A stretch of DNA of 61,231 nucleotides from Calditrichia bacterium (GTDB lineage: Bacteria > Calditrichota > Calditrichia > RBG-13-44-9 > J075). The stretch lies in the NCBI GenBank assembly GCA_050633245.1, contig JBOEGD010000003.1, positions 15,011-76,241 on the forward strand. Direction: 5' to 3'. Position numbers and translations under genes: made by a program. This document shows positions 9,652 to 19,723 of the stretch, piece after piece; the first letter of the stretch is position 1, and each line of letters starts with the position of its first letter. The notes under the pieces are model-generated. The model was not told the origin of the DNA and did no database searches. It saw nothing but the letters and a program-made list of their open reading frames with translations.

Positions 9652-11634
9652 ATGGTTTCTTTTGTCGCTTTATTCTACTTTGGAGCAACCGTGTTACTTC
9701 AGGCAAAAGCGAAAAAGCCGCTTCAGGTTTTCGTTAAAATTCTTATTTATACACTCTGGTACTCCATTGTCTATATGGCGGTGTCTTCTTTACAGCTTCC
9801 GGCTGCGGCAATTGTTTCCTTCTTATTAGCAATGTTGGTAATTGTTCCAAATAGAGGCAAGCTGACTGCGATTATTAAGAAGTTTGTAGAGAAAAGTTTA
9901 TATCGTTCTGTTTACGACGTCAATAAAATGACGCAGGAGTATAGACAGAAATTAAATTCCTCACTGGAGTTTGATTCCTCGATTGATGCCACCCGCGACT
10001 ATTTAAACAATCTGGTCCAGGCAGAGAACTATGCTTTCTTTCTATACTCAGACGCGGTGTTTGAACAAGTAGCAGGGCAAGATTTTCTGGCAGAAGCACC
10101 GCTAAAGATAGATTTCCCTATTCACGATGCAACAATTCAGCTTTTTCAGGAGGCACCGGATTTTTATTTGATAGCAGATTTGAACCGCGAATGCATTCCA
10201 TTAAAGCCTTTGCTTCGAAATCTACCGAATTACCACTTTACACATTTCGTTCCGCTACATGGTTCCAGCACAATTATTGGCTTTTTACTGTTCACAGATT
10301 CGATTCGACGCCATATCAGTATTCACGACATTTACACGTTATTGAGCCAAGTCTTCAAAAAAGCAGCTCTTTCAATAGAGCACACGCTTGTTCATCGGGC
10401 GATAAAGCGTAACTCGCTGGAAAATGAGCTGCTTCTTGATATAGTTCGAAAAATTTCTGCAACGCTCAGCCTGAACTCCGTTCTCAACAATATAATCAAT
10501 AACGTCTCACGGCTCGTTAGCTGTAATGCAGCAGCGGTTTTTTTGTTAGACCGGGATTCAGATACGTTGAGGCATACTGTTACACGAGGCTATGAAGACA
10601 CTGTAATTGAGAGGGTTGCTATTAAACTAAATGAAGGACTCAGCGGTAAGGCTATCCGTGAAAAGCGCGGATTTATTGTTCCCGATGTTAAGAATGACCC
10701 GTTTTACTACATGACGCGCACCGATACTCTGTCGCAGTTAACGGTTCCCATCCTGGTTCAGGATGAAGCAATTGGTGCAGTCATTCTTGAAAGTGACCAA
10801 CTTCAGTTCTTCACAAATAACCATCTGCGTTTACTTACACTTTTTTCCGGACTTGCGGCGGTTGCCATTCGCAATGCGCAGCTTTACGAAGACTCTCAGC
10901 TAAAACAAAAGATGGAAACAGACCTCTTGGTGGCCTCAAAGGTTCAAAAAGCTCTGTTACCAGCACGAGTTCCATCGATTAAGGGATTGAAAGTGCATGC
11001 CTTTTCGATACCACATTCCATTGTCGGCGGGGATATTTATGACGTTTTCCGCATGTCTGAACATAAGCAGGCCGTGGCAATTGGTGACATCTCTGGCAAG
11101 GGAGCACCAGCGGCTATTTTAATGGCCGTTGCCTATGCCGGATTTAAAAGCCTGTTAAAAGAAAACAACACCGTTGCTACAGTCCTTGCCAGATTAAATA
11201 ACTTCATGGTCGAGGCCACTTCCAGCAGCTATTATCTCACCTTTTTTTATGGTGTTTTAAATATGCATAAGAAGGTGTTTACCTACTGCAATGCCGGGCA
11301 TAACCCACCAATGATCATGCGCAGCGATAAGTCAATTGAATATCTTGAGGATGGTGGAATTGTTTTGGGATTCCTGTGTGATCAGGTGTATCGACAAACT
11401 CAGCTGCCGGTAGAGAGCGGAGACTATCTGATTTTATTTACTGATGGTGTAACCGAGATTATGAATGAAGCTGGTGATGAGTTTGGCGAGGATCGCCTCG
11501 AAAAGAGCCTGCAAAAGAACTATGGAATGCGTCCACGCGATTTGCGCAGACGCATTGTGAGTGACATAAAAGGTTTTGCTGGTCGGAAAGAATTTCAGGA
11601 CGACTTTACAATGCTAATCATATATGTCGATTAG
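9652..11634 (+). CDS. Membrane-anchored GAF + PP2C/SpoIIE (RsbU-like) serine phosphatase
   Basis: N-terminal TMs, GAF domain, VGGDIYD, GDISGKG, CNAGHNPP, FTDGVTE and DDFT motifs. Start uncertain: ATG 9652 avoids overlapping the divergent gene; the ORF track gives 9568. Confidence 0.85.
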   Translation: MVSFVALFYFGATVLLQAKAKKPLQVFVKILIYTLWYSIVYMAVSSLQLPAAAIVSFLLAMLVIVPNRGKLTAIIKKFVEKSLYRSVYDVNKMTQEYRQKLNSSLEFDSSIDATRDYLNNLVQAENYAFFLYSDAVFEQVAGQDFLAEAPLKIDFPIHDATIQLFQEAPDFYLIADLNRECIPLKPLLRNLPNYHFTHFVPLHGSSTIIGFLLFTDSIRRHISIHDIYTLLSQVFKKAALSIEHTLVHRAIKRNSLENELLLDIVRKISATLSLNSVLNNIINNVSRLVSCNAAAVFLLDRDSDTLRHTVTRGYEDTVIERVAIKLNEGLSGKAIREKRGFIVPDVKNDPFYYMTRTDTLSQLTVPILVQDEAIGAVILESDQLQFFTNNHLRLLTLFSGLAAVAIRNAQLYEDSQLKQKMETDLLVASKVQKALLPARVPSIKGLKVHAFSIPHSIVGGDIYDVFRMSEHKQAVAIGDISGKGAPAAILMAVAYAGFKSLLKENNTVATVLARLNNFMVEATSSSYYLTFFYGVLNMHKKVFTYCNAGHNPPMIMRSDKSIEYLEDGGIVLGFLCDQVYRQTQLPVESGDYLILFTDGVTEIMNEAGDEFGEDRLEKSLQKNYGMRPRDLRRRIVSDIKGFAGRKEFQDDFTMLIIYVD

Positions 11635-12962
11635 AAGCTGAATTCAAATCCAAATGTCGATACAAAGTCTGACCGCAAACCGCCATCATTTAGCGGGACG
11701 AAAGTATTGGCAAGCATTACCATATTATCCTTCGGGCTAAACTTGAAGCCAACAGAAGCATTCAGGATATTATCCGATTCGCGGTTAGGAATATTTGTCG
11801 GACTAATTTCACGCACCCAAAAGTTAGTTGGATCGCCAATATCTACCCTGATCTCCTGTGCATCCGGAAATGCTAATTCATCAATCTGATCACCAATTTC
11901 AAATTCACCTAAAAAATCGACTGCCAGCGTAAACTGATCGCTGATTTTTTGATCATAACCTACAAAGAGTTCGATCTCATTACGGTCGAGATCGCTACCG
12001 CGATATTCGTAAGCGATGTTTATGTGCGGAGCAAAGTTTCCTTTAATTGCCGAGCCAATCAGCTGAACTTTAACCGACGGATCACCTACTCCCAAAAAGT
12101 TCTCCTCATCCCCCGAAGCCAGACGATATTCTACAAGCCCGGAAAAGTCCATCGCCGCATCGCGAACAAAATTATATTTTGCACGGAAGGCAACGTCTCC
12201 GATACCGGTAGCATCATCATCTATAGGTGTTGGATTAAGAGTTAATTCAGGAAGGCTCGCACTTCCCCAGTGATGCAATGGGTTAAGCGTTCCGTTTTGA
12301 CCAGCGATAGCTCCGGTAATAGAAATCATTTCTGCTCGTGGATCAGATTTCATCTGCACACTGACATATGGCACCGCTACACCAACATCCAGACGGTTGG
12401 TAACACCATAGGTCATTAAGAAGGCTAAAATTGTCGCATTGACATCCAGATTCATAAAGAGATCAATATTATCTACTTCGGCAGGTACATCTCCAAGGAT
12501 ACCACTGTTATTTACATCCTGATGAGTAAACGAAAATCGAATGTCTTCAGTCGAGACACCCCGTACTTTGGCAAGATTAAAATAACTAAAATTAAATCCC
12601 ATATTGATGCGGTTGCGACCAATGGTTTGGGCACGTTCGGTAAATAGTGGTCCAAGACTGGTTGTCGTCTTTTTGGGCACCCCTTCACTAAAGTCGAACG
12701 TTACACCGGCAGTGGTCGAACTTAGCGGAAAGGATGAAATGTTCGCCGTAATAAAATTACTGAACGAGTTAATTGTAGCCGCACTACTAGCATTGTTTGC
12801 CACCCTGAAGTGATTACCGTGCTGACCCGGGCTACCAACTAATTCCAGTTCCAGTACCTCGGTAAATACATTGTTTAACTGTTCCGACAGCGATTGGGCG
12901 CTTACGCTACCAGCGAAAAAAAGCAAGAATACCAGTATTAAACCGTTGCTTTTCAGGTTCAT
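11631..12962 (-). CDS. Secreted protein, probable outer-membrane beta-barrel of unknown function
   Basis: GGAGG RBS before ATG 12962, signal peptide, amphipathic strands (GIGDVAFRAKY), C-terminal FGFEFSF beta-signal. Confidence 0.65.
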   Translation of the reverse strand: MNLKSNGLILVFLLFFAGSVSAQSLSEQLNNVFTEVLELELVGSPGQHGNHFRVANNASSAATINSFSNFITANISSFPLSSTTAGVTFDFSEGVPKKTTTSLGPLFTERAQTIGRNRINMGFNFSYFNLAKVRGVSTEDIRFSFTHQDVNNSGILGDVPAEVDNIDLFMNLDVNATILAFLMTYGVTNRLDVGVAVPYVSVQMKSDPRAEMISITGAIAGQNGTLNPLHHWGSASLPELTLNPTPIDDDATGIGDVAFRAKYNFVRDAAMDFSGLVEYRLASGDEENFLGVGDPSVKVQLIGSAIKGNFAPHINIAYEYRGSDLDRNEIELFVGYDQKISDQFTLAVDFLGEFEIGDQIDELAFPDAQEIRVDIGDPTNFWVREISPTNIPNRESDNILNASVGFKFSPKDNMVMLANTFVPLNDGGLRSDFVSTFGFEFSF

Positions 12963-13242
12963 AGTGTCTCCTCCAAAGTAGAGCACAGAATTAATGGTTT
13001 ATTATTAACAGTTTATTATTGATGTCTCTGACCGCGCTTTTGGTATCAGAGTTTAAACTTTTCAAAAGACATCCCGGCAATTGGTAAAACCAACAGATCT
13101 CACGTGTAAAATCAAATATATCTTCTATCAAGCATGCCCTTTCAGTGCCAAGGGAGGGAAACCAGTTAGATTCTTTAAAGCAGAATCACTACGATTTAGG
13201 CATGCGTTTGCTTTGATGGGTTACAATAAGCCACTGCTCTTG

Positions 13243-15561
13243 CTAACGAGAAATTTCCTTTACTTTCCAGCTGGAATTACTTTCCCCAAGCGTAAACTCC
13301 CAGTCATTCCAGGAGACGTTTTTTGCTCCGTCATAATCAAACCGAATTCGGGCACTTACTTTAGCGCCATTCTCGACGAAAGTAACACCCTTTGTCTGGC
13401 TGGTTACCTTTAAATTTCGCACATATCCAAAAAAGTCTGCCCAGTTTTTTTCGTCCTTACTTTTCAGGGAAGGGTGCAAATACTTTAATCCGTCCATATC
13501 CTTATTTTCCAGCGCCATTCGATAGCTTTCAACAACATTTCGCACGGATGTTTCCTGAGACTTTCGCATGTTTAAAGCGACGCGATAGCTTTCTTCAGCC
13601 AACTTAAACTTTGCAATGGCATCATCATATTTGCCGGTGTTCAACAACCCTTCGCCTTCACTCTGATATTTCGTTGCATCCTTATAAACAGCAACGAAAC
13701 GATAGCTGCCGCCATCCATTGCACCACTTACCTGCTCCAGCTTCTGCTTTGCAGCAATAGCATCGTTTTTTCGTGGGTCATCTTTAGGCACATTCGATGG
13801 CGGTGGAGTCGTTGCCTTTGAGCGTGCGGCAATACGGTTTGCTTCAGATTCTGCAGCGTTATACAGGCGTAGAGCTGACCGAAAGTTACGAGCAGCTTCC
13901 GGAAATCTTTCTCTTCGATAGGCCGTTTTTCCGCGCTCCAGATTACCTTCGGCATTCTTAAAGTCCGTTAGCTTTCCACCACCAGCATCCAATGCCGCCG
14001 CGCGCGCCGCAGTCAGCTTTTGGCGAGCAACATCTGCCAACCGCATATCACGCGAATTCGTCTCATTGGCAGCAGGCGGTTTTGCAGCTGCTTTTAAAAC
14101 CGGTTTTTCCTCAACAGCCTCATTGAGCGTAACATCCAGGGAACGCGTTTGCCCATCTCGAAGCTGGATCGTCAATTGCCGATTTTCATAACCCTCGAGC
14201 GCTAACTCGACATCATACTCACCAACAGGCACACCACCAAGCTGAAGCGGAGTTACCCCTTTCGATTCACCGTCGAGAAAGACTTCCGCTCCTTTCGGAT
14301 GGGAGACCAGATCCAAATTACCTGCTCGGGCAGGGATAGCTTCAGCTGTTTCAGTTATCTCAGGACGAAGTCGAAAAGCCAGCTTCTCAGGCAGATCTGC
14401 TGTAGAACGAATAAGCGTGTCCAGAGGTTCATATCCTTCTTTCTTAAGCGAGATTGTTCCGACGACAGCCTTTGCGGGATAATCAAGCAGCGGCGTATTC
14501 CCAACAAATTTATCATCGAAATAGACTTCCGCAGAAGAAGGTGAGCTACTTAGCGAAACGGTTTCAACAGCACTTCCACCGCTATTGCTCCACCAAAGAA
14601 ATCCCACTAATGCGACAAGCAGTGCACCGATTCCGGCAACCAGCGGCATTTTACTTCCAGCGGCAGGAGCCATTTCAGTTTTTGCGGATCGATCGCTGGA
14701 CAAGAGTACCGTATCACGTGTATTGGCGCGCTCCAGGAGCTCGAATGCAAGAAAATCATCGAGCATTGCCTGCGCAGATTGGTAGCGTTCTTCCGGATCT
14801 TTACGCGTTGCTTTTAGAATAACTTTGGCCAGTGTTTCCGGCACATCTTTATTTAATTCAAGCGGGGATGGTAATTCTTTTTCGAGGATCTCTTTGTAAA
14901 CCTGATAATCGTTCGTGCCCTTACCGATAGGCAGGTCGCCAGTAAGCATTTCATAAAATGTAATCCCGAGAGAATACAGATCACTACGGTTATCAAGATT
15001 GCGGTCGCCACGCACCTGCTCGGGCGACATGTAGCGTAATGTTCCGGCGGTCGTTTCACTAACGGTTGTATGCGCGCTGGATTGAATTTTAGCCAGACCA
15101 AAATCGGTAACCTTCACCTGATTGTTATCAGTAAGCATAATGTTACCGGGCTTGATATCTCGATGGACAACATTCTGGCCATGCGCATGAGAGATCGCCT
15201 CCAGCGACTGCTTAAAGATGGGAAGTGCTTTTTCCCAAGGAACGGGCTGTTTCAACAACATCATGTTCGCCAATGTTCTACCTTGAATAAGCTCCATGAC
15301 AATAAAGCCGACATCACCTGTTTTACGAAAGGTGTAAACACGAACAATGTTTCTGTGATCTAATTGCGCCTGTGACTGTGCTTCCTTGTCGAAGCGTCTC
15401 ATAAATTTATCGTCACGCGCCAGCACCGGATTCATCATTTTCAAAGCTACGTACTTACGCAAATTCTCGTCGAAAGCCTTGTAAACGATCCCCATACCAC
15501 CTTTGCCAAGAACATCTACAATGCGGTATTCATCAAACTGTTTGTTTAGCATTTCTTCCAT
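13243..15561 (-). CDS. Hanks-type transmembrane Ser/Thr protein kinase with extracytoplasmic PEGA domains
   Basis: GKGGMG, VALK, HRDIKPGN, DFG and GTLRYMSPEQ; one TM; two PEGA repeats (SSPSSAEVYFDD..GNTP, SHPKGAEVFLDG..GVTP); helical region and C-terminal alpha/beta domain. Confidence 0.92.
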   Translation of the reverse strand: MEEMLNKQFDEYRIVDVLGKGGMGIVYKAFDENLRKYVALKMMNPVLARDDKFMRRFDKEAQSQAQLDHRNIVRVYTFRKTGDVGFIVMELIQGRTLANMMLLKQPVPWEKALPIFKQSLEAISHAHGQNVVHRDIKPGNIMLTDNNQVKVTDFGLAKIQSSAHTTVSETTAGTLRYMSPEQVRGDRNLDNRSDLYSLGITFYEMLTGDLPIGKGTNDYQVYKEILEKELPSPLELNKDVPETLAKVILKATRKDPEERYQSAQAMLDDFLAFELLERANTRDTVLLSSDRSAKTEMAPAAGSKMPLVAGIGALLVALVGFLWWSNSGGSAVETVSLSSSPSSAEVYFDDKFVGNTPLLDYPAKAVVGTISLKKEGYEPLDTLIRSTADLPEKLAFRLRPEITETAEAIPARAGNLDLVSHPKGAEVFLDGESKGVTPLQLGGVPVGEYDVELALEGYENRQLTIQLRDGQTRSLDVTLNEAVEEKPVLKAAAKPPAANETNSRDMRLADVARQKLTAARAAALDAGGGKLTDFKNAEGNLERGKTAYRRERFPEAARNFRSALRLYNAAESEANRIAARSKATTPPPSNVPKDDPRKNDAIAAKQKLEQVSGAMDGGSYRFVAVYKDATKYQSEGEGLLNTGKYDDAIAKFKLAEESYRVALNMRKSQETSVRNVVESYRMALENKDMDGLKYLHPSLKSKDEKNWADFFGYVRNLKVTSQTKGVTFVENGAKVSARIRFDYDGAKNVSWNDWEFTLGESNSSWKVKEISR

Positions 15562-15705
15562 AACAACTTATTCCATCATTTCAAAAGCGTTATAAAGCAT
15601 GATTAAGTATGAGTAAATATTCTCTCAAACCATTTGCAAAAAAACTGTATCTATATCAAAAAGTGGTGTAAAAAGTCGAAGATTGAGTCATCCCAACGTG
15701 CTACT

Positions 15706-16119
15706 CTAATCGGGTTCTTCTAGCCAGGTTTCTTCATTATCAGCCGGAGAGTTAGGTTCATCATTTTGAACCGAGCCGGGTTTACCCAGGGCCTGCAGCC
15801 GCCATTTTATTCGCGGACCAAGATGTCCCAAGGCAACTGAGCCACTGCTATTGAGCGAAATTTCTTCAATTCGTTCGCCGTCAACAAAGCTACCGTTCGT
15901 ACTATCAAGATCACGCAGACCCCATCCTCGGCTGGTCTGATAAAACTCTAAATGCTCTCTACTAACAAGGCCGTTTTGAATAACAATATCGCAATTTTCT
16001 GCTCTCCCAATAATAACAGGATTGCTGAAAAACAGCTCATCTCGTTCCGCATCAGCGGAGTCAACGATCAAAGCAAGCAGCCACGCTGCCTGACTATTGT
16101 AGTGTTGGGGTTGTCCCAT
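15706..16119 (-). CDS. FHA domain protein
   Basis: IIGR, VSREH and DLDSTNGSFVDG, the conserved FHA motifs. Confidence 0.9.
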   Translation of the reverse strand: MGQPQHYNSQAAWLLALIVDSADAERDELFFSNPVIIGRAENCDIVIQNGLVSREHLEFYQTSRGWGLRDLDSTNGSFVDGERIEEISLNSSGSVALGHLGPRIKWRLQALGKPGSVQNDEPNSPADNEETWLEEPD

Positions 16120-16275
16120 AAGAATGTTTGCAATACAGTTTAGCTGGCATCGATTTAACTCGATGAATTGTTAGTAAGTTACGACATTGACCAATGGATG
16201 CCAAATGCTATTGTTGTTATAAGTGAGTATAGAGAATAAGGGAATTTAAGGCATTGACGTGCTTCACAATGCCAA

Positions 16276-16725
16276 TTACGAGCTTGCATGGCCTGTCAAT
16301 TGCAGTTGGCAAGAAGAAATGATATCGGAATGATCAAATGCCAGGTCAGGCAATTTATTAAGAGGAAACCAACGGGCATCGTTGGCATCGTCAGCAGCCT
16401 TGGGGCGGATGTGAGCTCCTTCGGGTATCAGACAGCCATATACAATGCTGATCGTATGTCCGCGCGGATCGCGTCCCGGTTTACCTGCAGCCATTAACTG
16501 CTTGAGGGCAATACCGGTTAAACCGGTTTCTTCTTCAAGTTCACGCTCCGCAGCTTTCAGCAAGGCTTCATCTTTATCGACAAAACCTCCGGGGAGTGCC
16601 CAGCTTCCGGCAAAGGGATCGCGCTTGCGTTCAATCAGCAACAGGTTATAAATTCCTTTCTGCTTTTGAAGCAAAAAGACATCGACAGTAACCATCGGAC
16701 GCGGATATTTGTAGGAGTAGGTCAT
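16276..16725 (-). CDS. NUDIX hydrolase
   Basis: Nudix box GGFVDKDEALLKAAERELEEETGL, plus RDPRG and LAFDH. Start at the ATG just after the upstream stop. Confidence 0.9.
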   Translation of the reverse strand: MTYSYKYPRPMVTVDVFLLQKQKGIYNLLLIERKRDPFAGSWALPGGFVDKDEALLKAAERELEEETGLTGIALKQLMAAGKPGRDPRGHTISIVYGCLIPEGAHIRPKAADDANDARWFPLNKLPDLAFDHSDIISSCQLQLTGHASS

Positions 16726-16726
16726 A

Positions 16727-18130
16727 TTATTTACTGATATCCGCAAAGATGAATAACGACTGTCTACGAACCCGAACATTGAACATCAGATTGGTTGCAT
16801 CAGATTTCAACAGCGACTGCATCAAGCTTTCAAAACCTTCGAGATCCTTAACCCGCTGTCCGTTCACTTCGGTAATGATATACCCGACGGACAAACCGGC
16901 TAGCCCAACCGGAGACGCGCGGTCTACCTGATACACGTAAACGCCTTTTGTATCCAGAGGCAGGTGATAATTGTAAAGCACATCGCGCGTCAGTTCCCGC
17001 ACTTCCAGGCCGATTTCAGAAAGCTGAACTTTTTCAGCCAGATCGATGGCTTTCGGAGCAGCGGTTAGTTTTATCGTTACTTTGCGAGGCTTTTTATTAC
17101 GAAAGATCTTTAGTTCAACTTTACTGTCGACCTTTTGATTCGCAATTGTTTCCCGCAATTGGTCGAGTTCCTTTTCCTCTGTAATCTTAAGCGGCTCACC
17201 ATTAAAAGCAATCAGAATATCTCCACTTTCAAGTCCGGCATTGGCTGCAGGAGAACTCGGAAAAACCCGATTAATGATCGCTCCCCCCTCAGATGGAACA
17301 GCCCAAAACTCTTTCAATTCCTTGCTAAGTGCCTGCATCGAGATGCCAAACCACGGCTTGCCCTTCTGCTTTGTCTGCTTAAGTGTCGGCGGCGCGGCTA
17401 CAAGCGGGGCAATTTGCTCTCCCGGGGAAATTTCCAGCAAGGAGCGCGAGTAATCCTCAAACCCACCGTCCATCATATATCCATAGTTAGTATCGCTACG
17501 CAGAGTAACGCCGATCGCCTGACCGTTTTCGGATAACACAACACCTCCTGCAGAAAGAGAGCTCATTTCACTTTTGACAAGAAGTTTTCTACGCGGCGAT
17601 TCCAGCACAGCATTGATAACCGCCGGGGTAAATACCGGCTGAAACTGATAATTTTCTCCCAATAGTTCCAGCATAAAAACAGGGCTGCCAACAGCAACAT
17701 CTTTGCCTGACGCAAAAGTAATATGCGGAAGAGGTTCTTCCAGCTGATCTTCAATCTGCAGAAAAGCCATTTGAGTTTGATCATCTTTTCCTACGAACGA
17801 AGCGGCTAATTCTTTGCCATCGCTCAGGATAACTTTAAACTCTGTAGGCTCGCCGGAATAAAACGAACCGCCGGCACGAGACATGATGTCCAGGGAAAGT
17901 GGATAAACATCGCTATTGACCAGAATGAGACCATCTGCACTGACAACCAATCCGGTACGATTTTGCTTAATTTTTAGATATGAGCCAATCTGCGACTGCG
18001 AAGAGACATTTTTAAAAAATTGCACCTTGCAAATCATGGGACGATATTTCTTGAACACTTCTGATGAAGACTGTGCAAACAAGAAGCCCGAAAGAAAAAT
18101 CGCTGCGAATATTATATGTCTGAAGATCAT
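16727..18130 (-). CDS. HtrA-like protein with degenerate trypsin domain and two PDZ domains (probably inactive)
   Basis: Same architecture as the upstream HtrA, but the triad regions read LVNSDV, QMAFLQI and LSAGG. Confidence 0.75.
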   Translation of the reverse strand: MIFRHIIFAAIFLSGFLFAQSSSEVFKKYRPMICKVQFFKNVSSQSQIGSYLKIKQNRTGLVVSADGLILVNSDVYPLSLDIMSRAGGSFYSGEPTEFKVILSDGKELAASFVGKDDQTQMAFLQIEDQLEEPLPHITFASGKDVAVGSPVFMLELLGENYQFQPVFTPAVINAVLESPRRKLLVKSEMSSLSAGGVVLSENGQAIGVTLRSDTNYGYMMDGGFEDYSRSLLEISPGEQIAPLVAAPPTLKQTKQKGKPWFGISMQALSKELKEFWAVPSEGGAIINRVFPSSPAANAGLESGDILIAFNGEPLKITEEKELDQLRETIANQKVDSKVELKIFRNKKPRKVTIKLTAAPKAIDLAEKVQLSEIGLEVRELTRDVLYNYHLPLDTKGVYVYQVDRASPVGLAGLSVGYIITEVNGQRVKDLEGFESLMQSLLKSDATNLMFNVRVRRQSLFIFADISK

Positions 18131-18140
18131 AGTTAACCTT

Positions 18141-19490
18141 TTATTTGCCAGGGATTGAAATTGGTTTTAATACGGCATACCAGGGATAAGCGCTACGCAA
18201 CAGCTCGACAAAAAGCGGCTTTGCCTTATCTCCGGACTCTACAAAGGCAGCGTAAATGCGTTCAATATCATCGCTGTTATTAATCGTTTCGCCATTGATG
18301 CTACGGATGACGTCACCATGTCGCAAGTTAGCCTCGTCGGCCACGCTTCCCGGTTTAACGCTGGTGATAAAAACACCCTTAAAATCTTCCATCAGCTGCA
18401 TGTAGTAAACATTCCAAGAGAGGTCCTTTATCACTACGCCCCACTCTTCAGCCTGAAATTCAGGTTCATCTTTTAACGGTTCTTCCAGTGTAGTAATGCT
18501 AAGCGTTTTGAAGCTTTGATTCCGCCAGATCGAAAACTTTACGGGCTTATTAATTGGCAAGCTGGAAATAATTTTTCGAATCTGCGGCATACCCTCTTCA
18601 AACTCCGCGTGAACAGCCTCATCACCTATCTTTTGAACAACGTCTCCCGAGCGCAGACCTGCTTTGGCGGCCGGCGAGTTCGGATCGACATGTGATACGA
18701 GAACGCCACGAAAGTCGGGCTTCTCCATGTATTCTTTTAATCCCTTAATTTCCTGAAAATCCGCGCCAATCCAACTTCGGGTCACGCTACTGCCTTTAAT
18801 AATTTCATCGGCTACTTCACGTGCAAGGTCGATAGGGATTGCAAATCCAAGGTTTTCCGCCATAAAAACAGCACGTGCATTTATTCCAACCACATCGCCG
18901 TCAAGGTTAATAAGCGGCCCACCGCTATTACCGGGGTTAATAGCTGCATCGGTTTGAATCCATAGGTTATATGGGGAAATCATTGAACCGGTGTCTGGAA
19001 AGTAGCGATCAATTGAACTTACCACGCCCATCGAGACCGAACGAGAAAGTCCGAGTGGACTTCCAAGCGCTAATACAATCTGCCCAACTTCAAGTCCGGT
19101 AGATTGCCCAAGAGGTGCAGGATAGATCATTTTGTCCTTCAGCTCGGAGAGATTGAGTTTTAAAACAGCAATATCGGTAGAAGGATCGCTGCCTACAACC
19201 GTGGCGGTAATACGCTCTTTATTTGCGAGCGTGCACCAGACTTTCTCTGCATTTCCGGCAACATGATGATTTGTCATCACATGGCCATCTTTCGAGAAAA
19301 TCACGCCACTTCCCGTACTTAACTGACTCTGTTTCTCGCCACGAGTATACACTTGTTTAATCGGCTCGACATGAACAAGTGCCGGCAGCACCCGATCGCG
19401 AGCATGAAAAACCTGTTTTTGAAATTCACCTGCTACATTCTGAGCATTTGCGAATTGCAGAAACAAAAAAAGAAGACAAAATAGACGCAT
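18141..19490 (-). CDS. HtrA/DegP/DegQ family serine protease with two PDZ domains
   Basis: TNHHV, DIAVLKL and IQTDAAINPGNSGGPL (triad intact); signal peptide. Confidence 0.92.
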   Translation of the reverse strand: MRLFCLLFLFLQFANAQNVAGEFQKQVFHARDRVLPALVHVEPIKQVYTRGEKQSQLSTGSGVIFSKDGHVMTNHHVAGNAEKVWCTLANKERITATVVGSDPSTDIAVLKLNLSELKDKMIYPAPLGQSTGLEVGQIVLALGSPLGLSRSVSMGVVSSIDRYFPDTGSMISPYNLWIQTDAAINPGNSGGPLINLDGDVVGINARAVFMAENLGFAIPIDLAREVADEIIKGSSVTRSWIGADFQEIKGLKEYMEKPDFRGVLVSHVDPNSPAAKAGLRSGDVVQKIGDEAVHAEFEEGMPQIRKIISSLPINKPVKFSIWRNQSFKTLSITTLEEPLKDEPEFQAEEWGVVIKDLSWNVYYMQLMEDFKGVFITSVKPGSVADEANLRHGDVIRSINGETINNSDDIERIYAAFVESGDKAKPLFVELLRSAYPWYAVLKPISIPGK

Positions 19491-19723
19491 TCCTACCTCA
19501 TTATTTGCGTGTGCTTCACTATTACTCCCAAGTGCACAGGTCTAAAACCCGGCAATCGAAAAATATACACCCGGCAAGAAGGCATAGCAAATCGTTTTAT
19601 GTAGAGACTTCGATAATTTGGTTTGGTAGGGAACTATTTTTACTTATTTTATACACCTTATCAAAAAAGCCGGTGTCGGTAGCCGTTCATTGACCCGGTA
19701 AAACTTTCTTTAGGAGAAAAAGT

